Below are positions 25,388-34,375 of a stretch of DNA of 47,965 nt, one piece after another. Source of the DNA: an uncultured Candidatus Saccharibacteria bacterium (GTDB taxonomy: Bacteria; Patescibacteriota; Minisyncoccia; Phycocordibacterales; CAIZLB01); NCBI GenBank assembly GCA_964443365.1, contig CAYUCM010000001.1:6467-54431 (forward strand). Reading direction: 5' to 3'. Each line of letters starts with the position of its first letter. The first letter of the stretch is position 1. The notes beneath the pieces are model-generated. The model saw only the letters and a list, made by a program, of their open reading frames with translations, was not told where the DNA came from and searched no databases. The translations under genes were made by a program, and so were the position numbers.

Positions 25388-27553
25388 TTAGGAATTAAGA
25401 ACATCGTTCATCTCTCTGCAAAAAACCCTAATTTTATCTAGTAAGGTTTTATCTATAGTTTTATTACTATTTCTTCCTTTACCACCCCCAAATCCTTTGA
25501 TTATTTTTAATAAATCGTCCTCAAGTTTAACTAACGGATGACCCTCGGTTTCTTCATTGGCCAATTTGGCTCTATCTAAAAATCCTCTTATTTTATCACG
25601 CATTGTTTTAATATTATTAAACAAAGAGTTTGTGTTTTGTTGATTGCCAATATCGTTCTCCGTAAAAGAATCTATTATTTCTAGACCCTTTCTGGCACTG
25701 TCAACAAAGCTCAGTATTACTGATTCTTCCAAACCATCAACCACACCGCCCGCCATTCCACCAACCTCTGTGTCTTTTGGTGTTGAGTCAGCAGTGGAAT
25801 CCGCTGTGAATTTTTTAGCCCCATTCTCCTTCGCGCCACCTTTTTCTTCCTTGTCTTTTCGTTCGTTCTCCCAATCCGCTCTTTCTGAACTACCTGGTAG
25901 TGGTGGGGGTGTTATTTTTTTTCCAACAGAAGGTGTGGCTGTTTTCCTTGATGTCTTATTTGGTTTTAATCTATTTACAGCCTCAACATATGGTTTTTTA
26001 TATTCATCAAAACGATTTGTTCTGTTATCTGTGGCCTCCACCAAATCTTCTAGCCTATCACGCACCCTGTTGTAATAACCTAATCTACCACGACTTTCTC
26101 CTATAGCGTTTGAAATTTCATTAATTTTGGTTTTAATAATTTTTCTATCAGCACGACTAAGTCCAGGTGCAGACATTGCCGTCTTAAGATTTAACATTTC
26201 AGTTTCGCCTTTTGTTATAACCCCTTGTAGACGTCCAATTCCATCGTCAATCAAACTTCTTCTTTCTAGATTTTTATAATATTCTGTGTCTTCTCTTATT
26301 TTTTCAGTACGGGAGTCAATATCACCAATAAAATCATCCAATATTCTCTCCTTTCTTTTTCTATAAAACAACATTTGCTCTTTCATATTTTCAGCAGCCT
26401 CACCCGCAAGTTCCCTGCTGTTTTGTTTTTCTAGACCCTCCTTTGCTCTGGTTAACAAATTAACCATATCAATATTTCCATCCCTCCTCGCCCTTTCTAG
26501 TGATTCATTAATTTGTTCCAACTTATTTTCTCTATCTAATTTATCCTGTTCTGATGATTTTTTTGCTTTTTCAGCTTTTCCTATTGCCTTATCTAAATCT
26601 TTTTGTTTTTTGTTTAATAGTAATTCATTCCAACCAAGAACAATATCCAACTTTGTTTCCCTAGGTTTTAGAACAAACAAACTAATTAACCCATCTTTAA
26701 CCCATCCAAACTTACTTTTTAGTTTTGAAAAATGAGTAGAAATAAACCCCTTAGCAGGACCAAACTCCTCTGAGTTTATCATTCTGGTTAATTCATTTTC
26801 TTTATCTATGGAATCTAGAAGTTCTCCTCTGCTCTTCTTGGGTAATGGCGGAGGTTGTGTTTCTGGATTTGTTTTTGGCAAAGCAGGAGGTTGTTGTCTT
26901 GGCTTAACATCATCAGGTATTTCATCATAATATTTTAGCCTATCCCCTTTGTCTCTTTTAAGAGACTCTATTGTGGACAGATTGTTGTCTTCTTGCTCGG
27001 GTATTTTTTTAAATGGTACATTTGGTGTTTTTATTTTAGCATTAGGAACAGGTCCTCCATAGGAAGCACTATAAGCTCCCCAAAAATCAGCTGTCGTTGG
27101 TTCATTTTTTTTAATTCTCTTTCTATTTATGGGTTCATACTTTCCCATTTTTGTGTCCGTGTCTTTTGCGTTTTCAGCCGTAGTGGATAGTGTTTCGTTT
27201 TTAATACCTGAATCTATTAAATTAAGGTCGACATTTTTTTGAATATTAAAACCATCATAAGCCTCACCAGATGTTGTTCTAAAATCATCATCCTGTGACA
27301 CATCAAGGTTTTCAATCCCCCCACCTGGTATTAGTGTTATTTCTTTCGCACCCTCAGGAACATCATCGGGTGCAAGGGTTGATTCTTCAGACATTTTAGA
27401 AAGTTCATATTGACCCTCGTCTGTTAAGGGATCAATTCCACCGCCAAATTCAAGGTTTATTAAATCAACATCCCCCTCTTTTTTAGTTGTTGTTTCTATC
27501 CCTCCTTCTTTGATTTCCTCAGCTGGGTGACCTTGCTCAAATTTTAATTTCAT
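25388..27553 (-). CDS. orphan 721-aa protein with Pro-rich tracts and a long central coiled-coil-like region
   Basis: Long ORF. QQPPALPKTNPETQPPPLPKK at aa 220-240, ITPPPLPG at aa 547-554, a charged heptad-like region at about aa 310-520. No TM seen. Confidence 0.6.
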   Translation of the reverse strand: MKLKFEQGHPAEEIKEGGIETTTKKEGDVDLINLEFGGGIDPLTDEGQYELSKMSEESTLAPDDVPEGAKEITLIPGGGIENLDVSQDDDFRTTSGEAYDGFNIQKNVDLNLIDSGIKNETLSTTAENAKDTDTKMGKYEPINRKRIKKNEPTTADFWGAYSASYGGPVPNAKIKTPNVPFKKIPEQEDNNLSTIESLKRDKGDRLKYYDEIPDDVKPRQQPPALPKTNPETQPPPLPKKSRGELLDSIDKENELTRMINSEEFGPAKGFISTHFSKLKSKFGWVKDGLISLFVLKPRETKLDIVLGWNELLLNKKQKDLDKAIGKAEKAKKSSEQDKLDRENKLEQINESLERARRDGNIDMVNLLTRAKEGLEKQNSRELAGEAAENMKEQMLFYRKRKERILDDFIGDIDSRTEKIREDTEYYKNLERRSLIDDGIGRLQGVITKGETEMLNLKTAMSAPGLSRADRKIIKTKINEISNAIGESRGRLGYYNRVRDRLEDLVEATDNRTNRFDEYKKPYVEAVNRLKPNKTSRKTATPSVGKKITPPPLPGSSERADWENERKDKEEKGGAKENGAKKFTADSTADSTPKDTEVGGMAGGVVDGLEESVILSFVDSARKGLEIIDSFTENDIGNQQNTNSLFNNIKTMRDKIRGFLDRAKLANEETEGHPLVKLEDDLLKIIKGFGGGKGRNSNKTIDKTLLDKIRVFCREMNDVLNS

Positions 27554-27667
27554 TTTATTGTTTGTATGTTAATCAATATCTCAGTCAACATTATACAACC
27601 ACACAAAAAACAACACAACCACACTCTTATAGCCTATTCTCAAAAAACAGTATAAAATACAAACATC

Positions 27668-29383
27668 ATGACAATACATTTTGACGAGGACAAGCAAAAT
27701 ACAAGAATGAAGCACCTGCTTCAAGAAGAAGAGGAGACGGCTATGGAAATGCTCGCTGAAAGACATGGCTTTACATATATAGACCTATCCAAAGTTCCAA
27801 TCAATCCAGACGGTCTTAAAATAATAGACGAGGAAACAGCAAGAAATAGTCAAACCGCAATATTTGATGTTGTTGGAACAAAGGTTTCTATCGCTGTTCA
27901 CAAACCAGAAGATCCATTAACCCTAGATGTATTAGACACTCTATCCAGAAGGGGTTATAACAATATTATTTTTGTTGCATCAATACATAGTCTAGAAAAA
28001 GCGTGGGAAAGATATAAGGATATTTCTTTTGCTTCAGAAACTGAAGCTGGATCTCTTGAAATATCAAATCAAGAAATTGAAGAACTCCTTGCAAAAGCCC
28101 AAAAAACCGAACAAATTTCAGTTTTGGTAAAAGAAGCCCTTGAAATGAAGAAGACCCACCGTGTTTCAAGGCTACTTTCAGTAATAATGGCCGGTTCTCT
28201 TTCTACAAAATCATCTGACGTACACATAGAGACCGAAGAAAACAGCTCAAGACTAAGGTACAGAATCGACGGCGTATTAACAACTGTTTCTGATTTTGAC
28301 ATGGAAACATATGAATTGTTGCTTTCTCGTATAAAACTTTTATCTGGATTAAAGCTTAATATTAAAGAAAACGCTCAAGATGGTAGATTTACTGTAAAAA
28401 TAAAAAATACAGACATAGAAATTAGAACCTCTACAATACCAGGGGCATACGGAGAATCTATTGTTATGCGTATTCTTAATCCTGAGACAATTATGGTTTC
28501 AATGGACAAATTGGGCATGTCACCAAGATTTTTAGAGGCCGTTAGAAAAGAAATTTCTAGACCAAACGGACTTATTTTAACAACCGGACCAACAGGATCA
28601 GGAAAAACAACAACACTCTATGCGTTTTTACGAGAAGTAGCAAGTCCTGAGTATAAAATAATTACAATTGAAGACCCTGTTGAATATCACCTTCCAGGAA
28701 TCGTACAAACACAAGTTGAAGATCGCAAGGGTTATACATTTGAAGCCGGGCTTAAGTCTGCGATGAGACAAGACCCAGACATTATAATGGTTGGAGAAAT
28801 TAGAGATGCAGAAACAGCAATAACTGCAATTAATGCAGCCTTAACTGGACACCTTGTGTTTTCTACACTACACACCAATAATGCCGCTGGAACATTTACA
28901 AGATTAATTGATCTTGGTGCAGATCCAAAAACTCTGACCTCCGCAATACATGCAGCAATTGCCCAGAGACTCGTTAGGGTTTTATGTGATAAGTGTAAAA
29001 AGAAAATTCCAATACCAGCAGAAAGACAAGCTTTGGTTGATGATGTTTTAGAATCAATTAAGGAAATGGAGGAAGGAAAAGAATTTAACGAGAAGCCAAC
29101 AGAAATTTGTACAGCCGTTGGTTGCGATGTCTGCAATAAAACTGGGTATTCAGACAGAATTGGTATACATGAAATTATATTAACAGACAGTTCAATAGAA
29201 AAAATTGTTAGAGAAAATCCAAGTGAGAGAGAAATCAAAGCGGTGGCTAAAAAACAAGGTTTTCTAGACATGAGACAAGATGGAGTATTGAGAGTTTTGA
29301 GAGGTACAACTTCTTTTGACGAATTAGAGAGAGTGATTGATCTTGCAAAAGATGATTTACCAGAAGCAAATACAGAATTTTAA
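27668..29383 (+). CDS. pilB: type IV pilus assembly ATPase PilB (GspE/PilB family)
   Basis: Walker A TGPTGSGKTTTLYA, Asp box, Walker B DPDIIMVGEIRD, His box LVFSTLHTN, tetracysteine CDKCKK...CDVC. Confidence 0.9.
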   Translation: MTIHFDEDKQNTRMKHLLQEEEETAMEMLAERHGFTYIDLSKVPINPDGLKIIDEETARNSQTAIFDVVGTKVSIAVHKPEDPLTLDVLDTLSRRGYNNIIFVASIHSLEKAWERYKDISFASETEAGSLEISNQEIEELLAKAQKTEQISVLVKEALEMKKTHRVSRLLSVIMAGSLSTKSSDVHIETEENSSRLRYRIDGVLTTVSDFDMETYELLLSRIKLLSGLKLNIKENAQDGRFTVKIKNTDIEIRTSTIPGAYGESIVMRILNPETIMVSMDKLGMSPRFLEAVRKEISRPNGLILTTGPTGSGKTTTLYAFLREVASPEYKIITIEDPVEYHLPGIVQTQVEDRKGYTFEAGLKSAMRQDPDIIMVGEIRDAETAITAINAALTGHLVFSTLHTNNAAGTFTRLIDLGADPKTLTSAIHAAIAQRLVRVLCDKCKKKIPIPAERQALVDDVLESIKEMEEGKEFNEKPTEICTAVGCDVCNKTGYSDRIGIHEIILTDSSIEKIVRENPSEREIKAVAKKQGFLDMRQDGVLRVLRGTTSFDELERVIDLAKDDLPEANTEF

Positions 29384-29403
29384 AAAAACAAAAAATCAAT
29401 ATT

Positions 29404-29435
29404 AAAAAAACACCAGCAATCTCTGGTGTTTTTTA
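29404..29435 (+). terminator. intrinsic terminator after pilB
   Basis: aaaaaaacaccag-caatct-ctggtgtttttt. Confidence 0.8.
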
Positions 29436-29583
29436 ATTGCAGGTTTGACATTTACTGTAATTAATCCTAAAACAAAAAACTGTGCAAATGTTCGTTGACT
29501 TAGATGCTTCTCGCGAGTATTGTTATTTTATCAACGAACAAAGACTAAATTCAGTCAGAGAAAGTTGATACAAAAAAACAGCA

Positions 29584-29736
29584 CTTTAAATCTCTAAGCG
29601 ATGCTTTAAGTCCTAAGACCTAAAGCCCGATAGTTCTTTAAGGATAATTCCAGGAACGTGACGTAAGTCCGCACCAGAACGTCCTCTAAGAAAAACCGAT
29701 AAACCCGCGAAGGTTGTATCGCTTAGAGATTTAAGG
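29584..29736. ncRNA. candidate structured RNA of unknown class (strand not resolved)
   Basis: ctttaaatctctaagcgat (29584-29602) pairs with atcgcttagagatttaagg (29718-29736): 19 bp including one G-U. The enclosed about 115 nt is markedly more G+C-rich than its surroundings and contains further local stems. Confidence 0.4.
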
Positions 29737-29889
29737 GGCCGTTTGTTTAACTTAACACACCAAAAACTTCTAGCTGAGTTAGATTTCAATTCTAACACGT
29801 TTTTTAATGTGGCCGCAACTATTTTTTAAAGTCAAAGTAATCCTAACACAAGTAGGTTTTAATGTCAAGCCCCTATTGTGAGTCTTATT

Positions 29890-29898
29890 TGTTAAAAT
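29890..29898 (+). promoter_or_regulatory. extended -10 element (TGtTAAAAT) for ruvB
   Basis: ttTGtTAAAATacatagaaATG, 8 nt to the ATG at 29907. Confidence 0.5.
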
Positions 29899-29906
29899 AC
29901 ATAGAA

Positions 29907-30941
29907 ATGAATCAAACTATCCCCCATCAAGACCCCATAACAGACGAGGATTTAGAAAAACCCAATGATAAAGTCCTGGATCAGGAGTTGCGTCCAGGGA
30001 CATTTGAAGAATATATTGGGCAAGAACAGATTAAAAATAATCTCAGAATTTTATTAACAGCAGCAAAACAAAGAAAACACCCCCCAGAACACCTTCTTTT
30101 TTATGGACCGCCCGGCTTAGGAAAAACAACCCTGGCCCACCTAATCGCCAAAGAAACCGGCGCCCAAATTAAAATAACATCCGGGCCAGCCATAGAGCGC
30201 GTGGGAGACCTGGCTTCAATACTTACCAACCTATCTCCTGGTGACATTCTTTTTATAGATGAAATACATAGATTAAACAAAACCGTTGAGGAAGTTTTAT
30301 ATCCAGCCATGGAATCTGGACAAATTGATATCATCATAGGAAAAGGACCTTCAGCAAGAACAATTCAACTTGATTTGCCACCCTTCACTCTTATTTCGGC
30401 AACAACCAGAATTGCCATGATATCCTCCCCTCTTCGTTCAAGATTTTCAGGTGGTGTTTTTAGACTGGAATTTTATACACAAGAAGAAATAGAAAAAATA
30501 GTAATGAGGTCTTCCAAAATTCTAAACATGGAAATAGACCCTGTTGCAATTAAAGAAATCGCAAAAAGAAGCAGAGCAACACCAAGAACCTCTAACTATC
30601 TTTTAAAAAGATGTAGAGATTATTCTCAGGTCTTAAATAAAAAATTAACAAAAGAAATTGTTGAGGAGGCCATGTCTCTACTTTCTATAGACAACAAAGG
30701 TCTAACCTCAATGGACAGATCAATAATTCAGACCATCGTAGAAAAATATAAAGGTGGACCTGTTGGACTTGGAACAATAGGGGCCTCTCTTTCAGAAGAA
30801 GAAGCAACCATTGAAGAATTTAGCGAACCATACTTAATACAGCTTGGTTTTATAGAAAGAACGCCAAGAGGTCGTGTTGTTACAGAGTCTGGATATGCTC
30901 ATTTGGGAATAAATTATCCAGAAGAAAGAAAATTACTATAA
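29907..30941 (+). CDS. ruvB: Holliday junction DNA helicase RuvB
   Basis: LRPGTFEEYIGQEQIK...LLFYGPPGLGKTTLAHLIA...ILFIDEIHRL. Start chosen at MNQTIPH (Met16 of the track ORF). Confidence 0.9.
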   Translation: MNQTIPHQDPITDEDLEKPNDKVLDQELRPGTFEEYIGQEQIKNNLRILLTAAKQRKHPPEHLLFYGPPGLGKTTLAHLIAKETGAQIKITSGPAIERVGDLASILTNLSPGDILFIDEIHRLNKTVEEVLYPAMESGQIDIIIGKGPSARTIQLDLPPFTLISATTRIAMISSPLRSRFSGGVFRLEFYTQEEIEKIVMRSSKILNMEIDPVAIKEIAKRSRATPRTSNYLLKRCRDYSQVLNKKLTKEIVEEAMSLLSIDNKGLTSMDRSIIQTIVEKYKGGPVGLGTIGASLSEEEATIEEFSEPYLIQLGFIERTPRGRVVTESGYAHLGINYPEERKLL

Positions 30942-30995
30942 AAACTCGCATAAATTAAACACGGATTGAATTTCGTATAATTTAAAATCAAACTC

Positions 30996-31469
30996 ATGAA
31001 AATTTTAGCGATTGATCCTGGATATGAAAGACTGGGTGTTGCGGTTTTAGAAAAAAGCAGAGGACAAAAAGAATCTTTAATATATTCGGAATGTTTTAAA
31101 ACACCAAAAGAATTACCGTTTGAAGATCGTTTATATCAAATAGGCACAAAAATAAATTCACTAATTATAGATTATAAAACCGACACACTCGCAATAGAAA
31201 CTTTGTTTTTTAGTAAAAACACAAAAACAGCAATGCGCGTAGCAGAAACAAGAGGTGCAATTATTTATATAGCAAAACAAAACAACCTTTTAATTAAAGA
31301 GTTAAATCCAATGGAAATTAAACTGGCAGTTACGGGCGATGGAAAAAGCGATAAAAATCAAATGATTAAAATGGTTCAGTTGATTTTAAAGATAAATAAA
31401 AAGACGGAAGATGACGAATACGATGCGATATCGTGCGGAATAGCTTGCGCGTCACTTTCAAGATATTAA
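30996..31469 (+). CDS. ruvC: crossover junction endodeoxyribonuclease RuvC
   Basis: MKILAIDPGYERLGVAVLE...LAIETLFF...DEYDAISCGIA. Confidence 0.85.
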   Translation: MKILAIDPGYERLGVAVLEKSRGQKESLIYSECFKTPKELPFEDRLYQIGTKINSLIIDYKTDTLAIETLFFSKNTKTAMRVAETRGAIIYIAKQNNLLIKELNPMEIKLAVTGDGKSDKNQMIKMVQLILKINKKTEDDEYDAISCGIACASLSRY

Positions 31470-31486
31470 TATGTTATTAACAGGTT
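31459..31486 (+). repeat. 28-nt repeat, copy 1 (27/28 identical to 35992..36019)
   Basis: caagatattaatatgttattaacaggtt. It covers the last ruvC codons, the stop and 17 nt beyond. Confidence 0.9.
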
Positions 31487-31554
31487 CACTTGATTATTTT
31501 TTTTGATATGATAAATATATCAAATAAATTAACAAATAATTAAATTGTAAAAAT

Positions 31555-31872
31555 ATGTCTGATGAATTAGATTTAAGAGACGAACAAGAAGAAACTGACG
31601 GTTTGGCTGATATCGGTGAAGACGACGCAGATTTGGGAGACATTCCAGCTGGTGCTATTACTGATGATGACGATGCTGACGATGTCGACCCAGAGCTTTT
31701 AGAAAAGAGTGTTGGGGATGATGAATTTGACGAGAATGCAGAAACTCCTGTAGAGCTTGATCCTTTTGGTTTTGGTGAAATTAAAATAGACGAGGAAACT
31801 GGAGAATATGTTCCAGCGGATGAGGATGATGAAGAAGAACCAGAAGAAGAGGTTTCAGATAATATATTTTAA
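31555..31872 (+). CDS. hyper-acidic small protein
   Basis: 105-aa ORF. By hand count, 47 residues are D/E and only 3 are K/R. Confidence 0.55.
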   Translation: MSDELDLRDEQEETDGLADIGEDDADLGDIPAGAITDDDDADDVDPELLEKSVGDDEFDENAETPVELDPFGFGEIKIDEETGEYVPADEDDEEEPEEEVSDNIF

Positions 31873-31893
31873 AGATTTAAACAATAAAACATC

Positions 31894-31918
31894 AAAAGCC
31901 TTACAAAAGGCTTTTTTT
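31894..31918 (+). terminator. intrinsic terminator
   Basis: aaaagcctt-acaa-aaggctttt, followed by a T tract. Confidence 0.8.
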
Positions 31919-31941
31919 GTTGTAGAATTAAAAATACCTAT

Positions 31942-34374
31942 ATGTTTAAAAATAAAAAGAGTTTTTTGGATTTATTAATTAACAAAAAAAGAAAGTCTAT
32001 AACAAAGACACTACTTAAGGACATTATACTCGTGTTATTAATCTGTTTCTTGATTTGTGTTGGAATTTTCTTTGTTTGGGCTTCAACGCTAAAAACACCG
32101 AGCCTTTCTTCTTTTGACGACAGACTGCTCGGTCAATCGGCAAAAATATATGATAGAACGGGTAAAATATTGCTTTATGATTTGAGCGAAAAGGTCAGAA
32201 GAACAGTTATTCCATTTGAAGAAATTTCTCCTTATGTTAAAAATGCCACAATAGCAATTGAGGATGCTGAGTTCTATCAACACAAAGGAATTAGAATAAC
32301 CTCTATTTTTAGAGCTGTTATAGCAAACATTTTTTCTCTTAAATTCAGCCAAGGAGGATCAACCATCACACAACAGGTTGTTAAAAATTCATTATTAACT
32401 CAAAAAAAGAATATTTCAAGAAAGGTTAAGGAGTGGATTTTGGCAATCAAACTAGAAAAGAGTGCATCTAAAGACACTATTTTAAACATGTATCTTAACG
32501 AGGCACCATATGGGGGTAGTATTTATGGAATAGAAGAAGCAAGTAGTGCCTTCTTCGACAAAAAAACAAAAGATTTAACTCTAGCAGAAGCGGCTTATTT
32601 GGCCGCACTGCCTCAATCCCCTACTGTTTTGTCTCCGTATGGAAAAAACAAAGAAAAGCTAGAGGCTAGAAAAAATCTTGTGTTGGAAAAAATGTTGGAA
32701 AACAAAATGATTAGTAATGAAGAGTATGAAAAAGCAAAAAAAGAAGTTGTGGTATTTCAACCAAAATCAATTGCGGGTATTAAGGCTCCACACTTTGTAA
32801 TGTTTGTAAAAGAATATTTAGAAGAAACTTATGGGGAAGAACTTCTTTCAAGGGGTGGATTAAAAATAACCACAACCCTAGATTATGAATTACAAGAAAA
32901 AGCAGAAAGAACAATTTATAATTATGTAGAAAAAAATGGGCCGGGTTTTAAGGCGGGTAATGCAGCTTCTGCGGCTATTAATCCAAAAACAGGTGAAATT
33001 TTAATGATGGTTGGGTCAAAAGACTATTTCGACAAAAACAATAGTGGAAACTATAACGTCACAACAGCAAAAAGACAGCCTGGATCATCTTTTAAGCCCT
33101 TTGCCTATGTCACAGCCTTTATGAAGGGTTACACCCCTGAAACACCCGTCTATGACCTGGAAACAGAGTTTAATGTTAATTGTTCGCCAATAAGTAGTTT
33201 AAATTCTAAAGATTTAAAATGTTATTCTCCTCAAAACTACGAGGGTGGGTTTAAAGGTTTAATGACCTTCAGAAGTGCCCTTGCTGAATCCAGAAACATA
33301 CCTGCTGTTAAGGTTTTGTATTTAGCAGGAATTGAAGACACCATCAAAACAGCAACATCTATGGGTATTAAAGACCTGGGGTCACCCAATCAATATGGTT
33401 TAACACTTGCACTTGGAGGTGGAGAGGTTTCTCTTCTTGATATGGTTTCTGCTTATGGAGTATTTGCTAATAATGGAAATAAAAAACCTGTTGTTTCTGT
33501 TCTAAAAATAGAAACTGATAAGGGTGTTGTTTTGGAAGAGTTTGATCAAAACAAAGAAGGAAAACAAGTTATTACAGAACAATCCGCAAAACTACTAAAT
33601 AGTGTTTTGTCTGATGCAAAAGCAAGATCTGCAATTTTTAGCAGTAAATTATTTGGAGACAGACAAGTTGCACTTAAAACTGGTACAACAAACAGCTCCA
33701 GAGATGCTTGGGAAATAGGTTATACCCCAAGTATTTCTATTGGAGCGTGGATGGGAAACAATGATAATAAACCCATGGCCCAACAAGCTTCAGCAAAAAT
33801 TGTTGGCCCCTTATGGAAAGAACTTATGGATTTTGCATTAACAAAAGTTCCCGTTGAATTATTTGAAACACCGGAACCTTATGAAACAGGCTTAAAACCT
33901 TTTCTCTTGGGAGAATGGAGAGGTCCAGGCAATGAAATACACTCTGAATTATATTGGATTAATAGAAAAAATCCAACAGGTGAAGCTCCAGGACTTAATA
34001 ATGGTGATGAACAATTCAGAAACTGGGAGTATTCTATATCAAATTGGGCAAAAACAGGCACAGCAGAAACCTTATTTAATCAAATAACAAACAAAAGCAG
34101 TTCGTTTAAAATAGAAAACCCTAAAAATATGTCCACTCTTAAAAAAGAAGAGAGACAAACTATTACTGTTTCTGGAATTGATCAGAACACTTCGTTAATT
34201 GAATATTATTTAAACGGCGAATTAATTGGAAAATCATCAGAAAATCCATTTAGTTTTTCATTCATACCAAAAGAAACAGGTTTTAATGATTACGAAAATG
34301 AATTAAGAGCTGTTAAAACCTCATCAAACGGACAAAAGGAAGAATCTGTTATTCTTTATTTATCAACCCAATAA
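31942..34374 (+). CDS. class A penicillin-binding protein (glycosyltransferase + transpeptidase)
   Basis: GT51 motifs IAIEDAEFYQHKGI and GGSTITQQVVKN. Transpeptidase motifs SSFKP, SRN (ESRNIPAV) and KTGT. Confidence 0.9.
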   Translation: MFKNKKSFLDLLINKKRKSITKTLLKDIILVLLICFLICVGIFFVWASTLKTPSLSSFDDRLLGQSAKIYDRTGKILLYDLSEKVRRTVIPFEEISPYVKNATIAIEDAEFYQHKGIRITSIFRAVIANIFSLKFSQGGSTITQQVVKNSLLTQKKNISRKVKEWILAIKLEKSASKDTILNMYLNEAPYGGSIYGIEEASSAFFDKKTKDLTLAEAAYLAALPQSPTVLSPYGKNKEKLEARKNLVLEKMLENKMISNEEYEKAKKEVVVFQPKSIAGIKAPHFVMFVKEYLEETYGEELLSRGGLKITTTLDYELQEKAERTIYNYVEKNGPGFKAGNAASAAINPKTGEILMMVGSKDYFDKNNSGNYNVTTAKRQPGSSFKPFAYVTAFMKGYTPETPVYDLETEFNVNCSPISSLNSKDLKCYSPQNYEGGFKGLMTFRSALAESRNIPAVKVLYLAGIEDTIKTATSMGIKDLGSPNQYGLTLALGGGEVSLLDMVSAYGVFANNGNKKPVVSVLKIETDKGVVLEEFDQNKEGKQVITEQSAKLLNSVLSDAKARSAIFSSKLFGDRQVALKTGTTNSSRDAWEIGYTPSISIGAWMGNNDNKPMAQQASAKIVGPLWKELMDFALTKVPVELFETPEPYETGLKPFLLGEWRGPGNEIHSELYWINRKNPTGEAPGLNNGDEQFRNWEYSISNWAKTGTAETLFNQITNKSSSFKIENPKNMSTLKKEERQTITVSGIDQNTSLIEYYLNGELIGKSSENPFSFSFIPKETGFNDYENELRAVKTSSNGQKEESVILYLSTQ

Positions 34375-34375
34375 G

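Noticed and set aside
28732-29271. 179-aa antisense ORF inside pilB. Similar antisense ORFs: 25644..26075, 5694..5882, 39317..39643, 46021..46370, 993..1253, 3505..3964 and 10439..11269
   Set aside because: All lie fully inside, and antisense to, longer ORFs with clear family motifs or operon context. Their translations are low-complexity or hydrophobic, as expected from reading A/T-rich genes backwards.
29584-29736. Identity of the structured region as RNase P RNA, SRP RNA, tmRNA or a common riboswitch
   Set aside because: gtaagtcc and ataaacccg only loosely resemble RNase P P4 strands and are not mutually complementary. There is no GGAAGCAGC-type SRP domain IV, no tRNA-like 3' end with CCA, and no TPP, B12, SAM or fluoride core motifs. 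At about 150 nt it is too short for RNase P or tmRNA.
29613-29798. 61-aa minus-strand ORF in the pilB-ruvB gap
   Set aside because: It lies across the 19-bp closing stem and the G+C-rich structured core. There is no -10/ATG geometry or terminator, and the composition is better explained by RNA structure.
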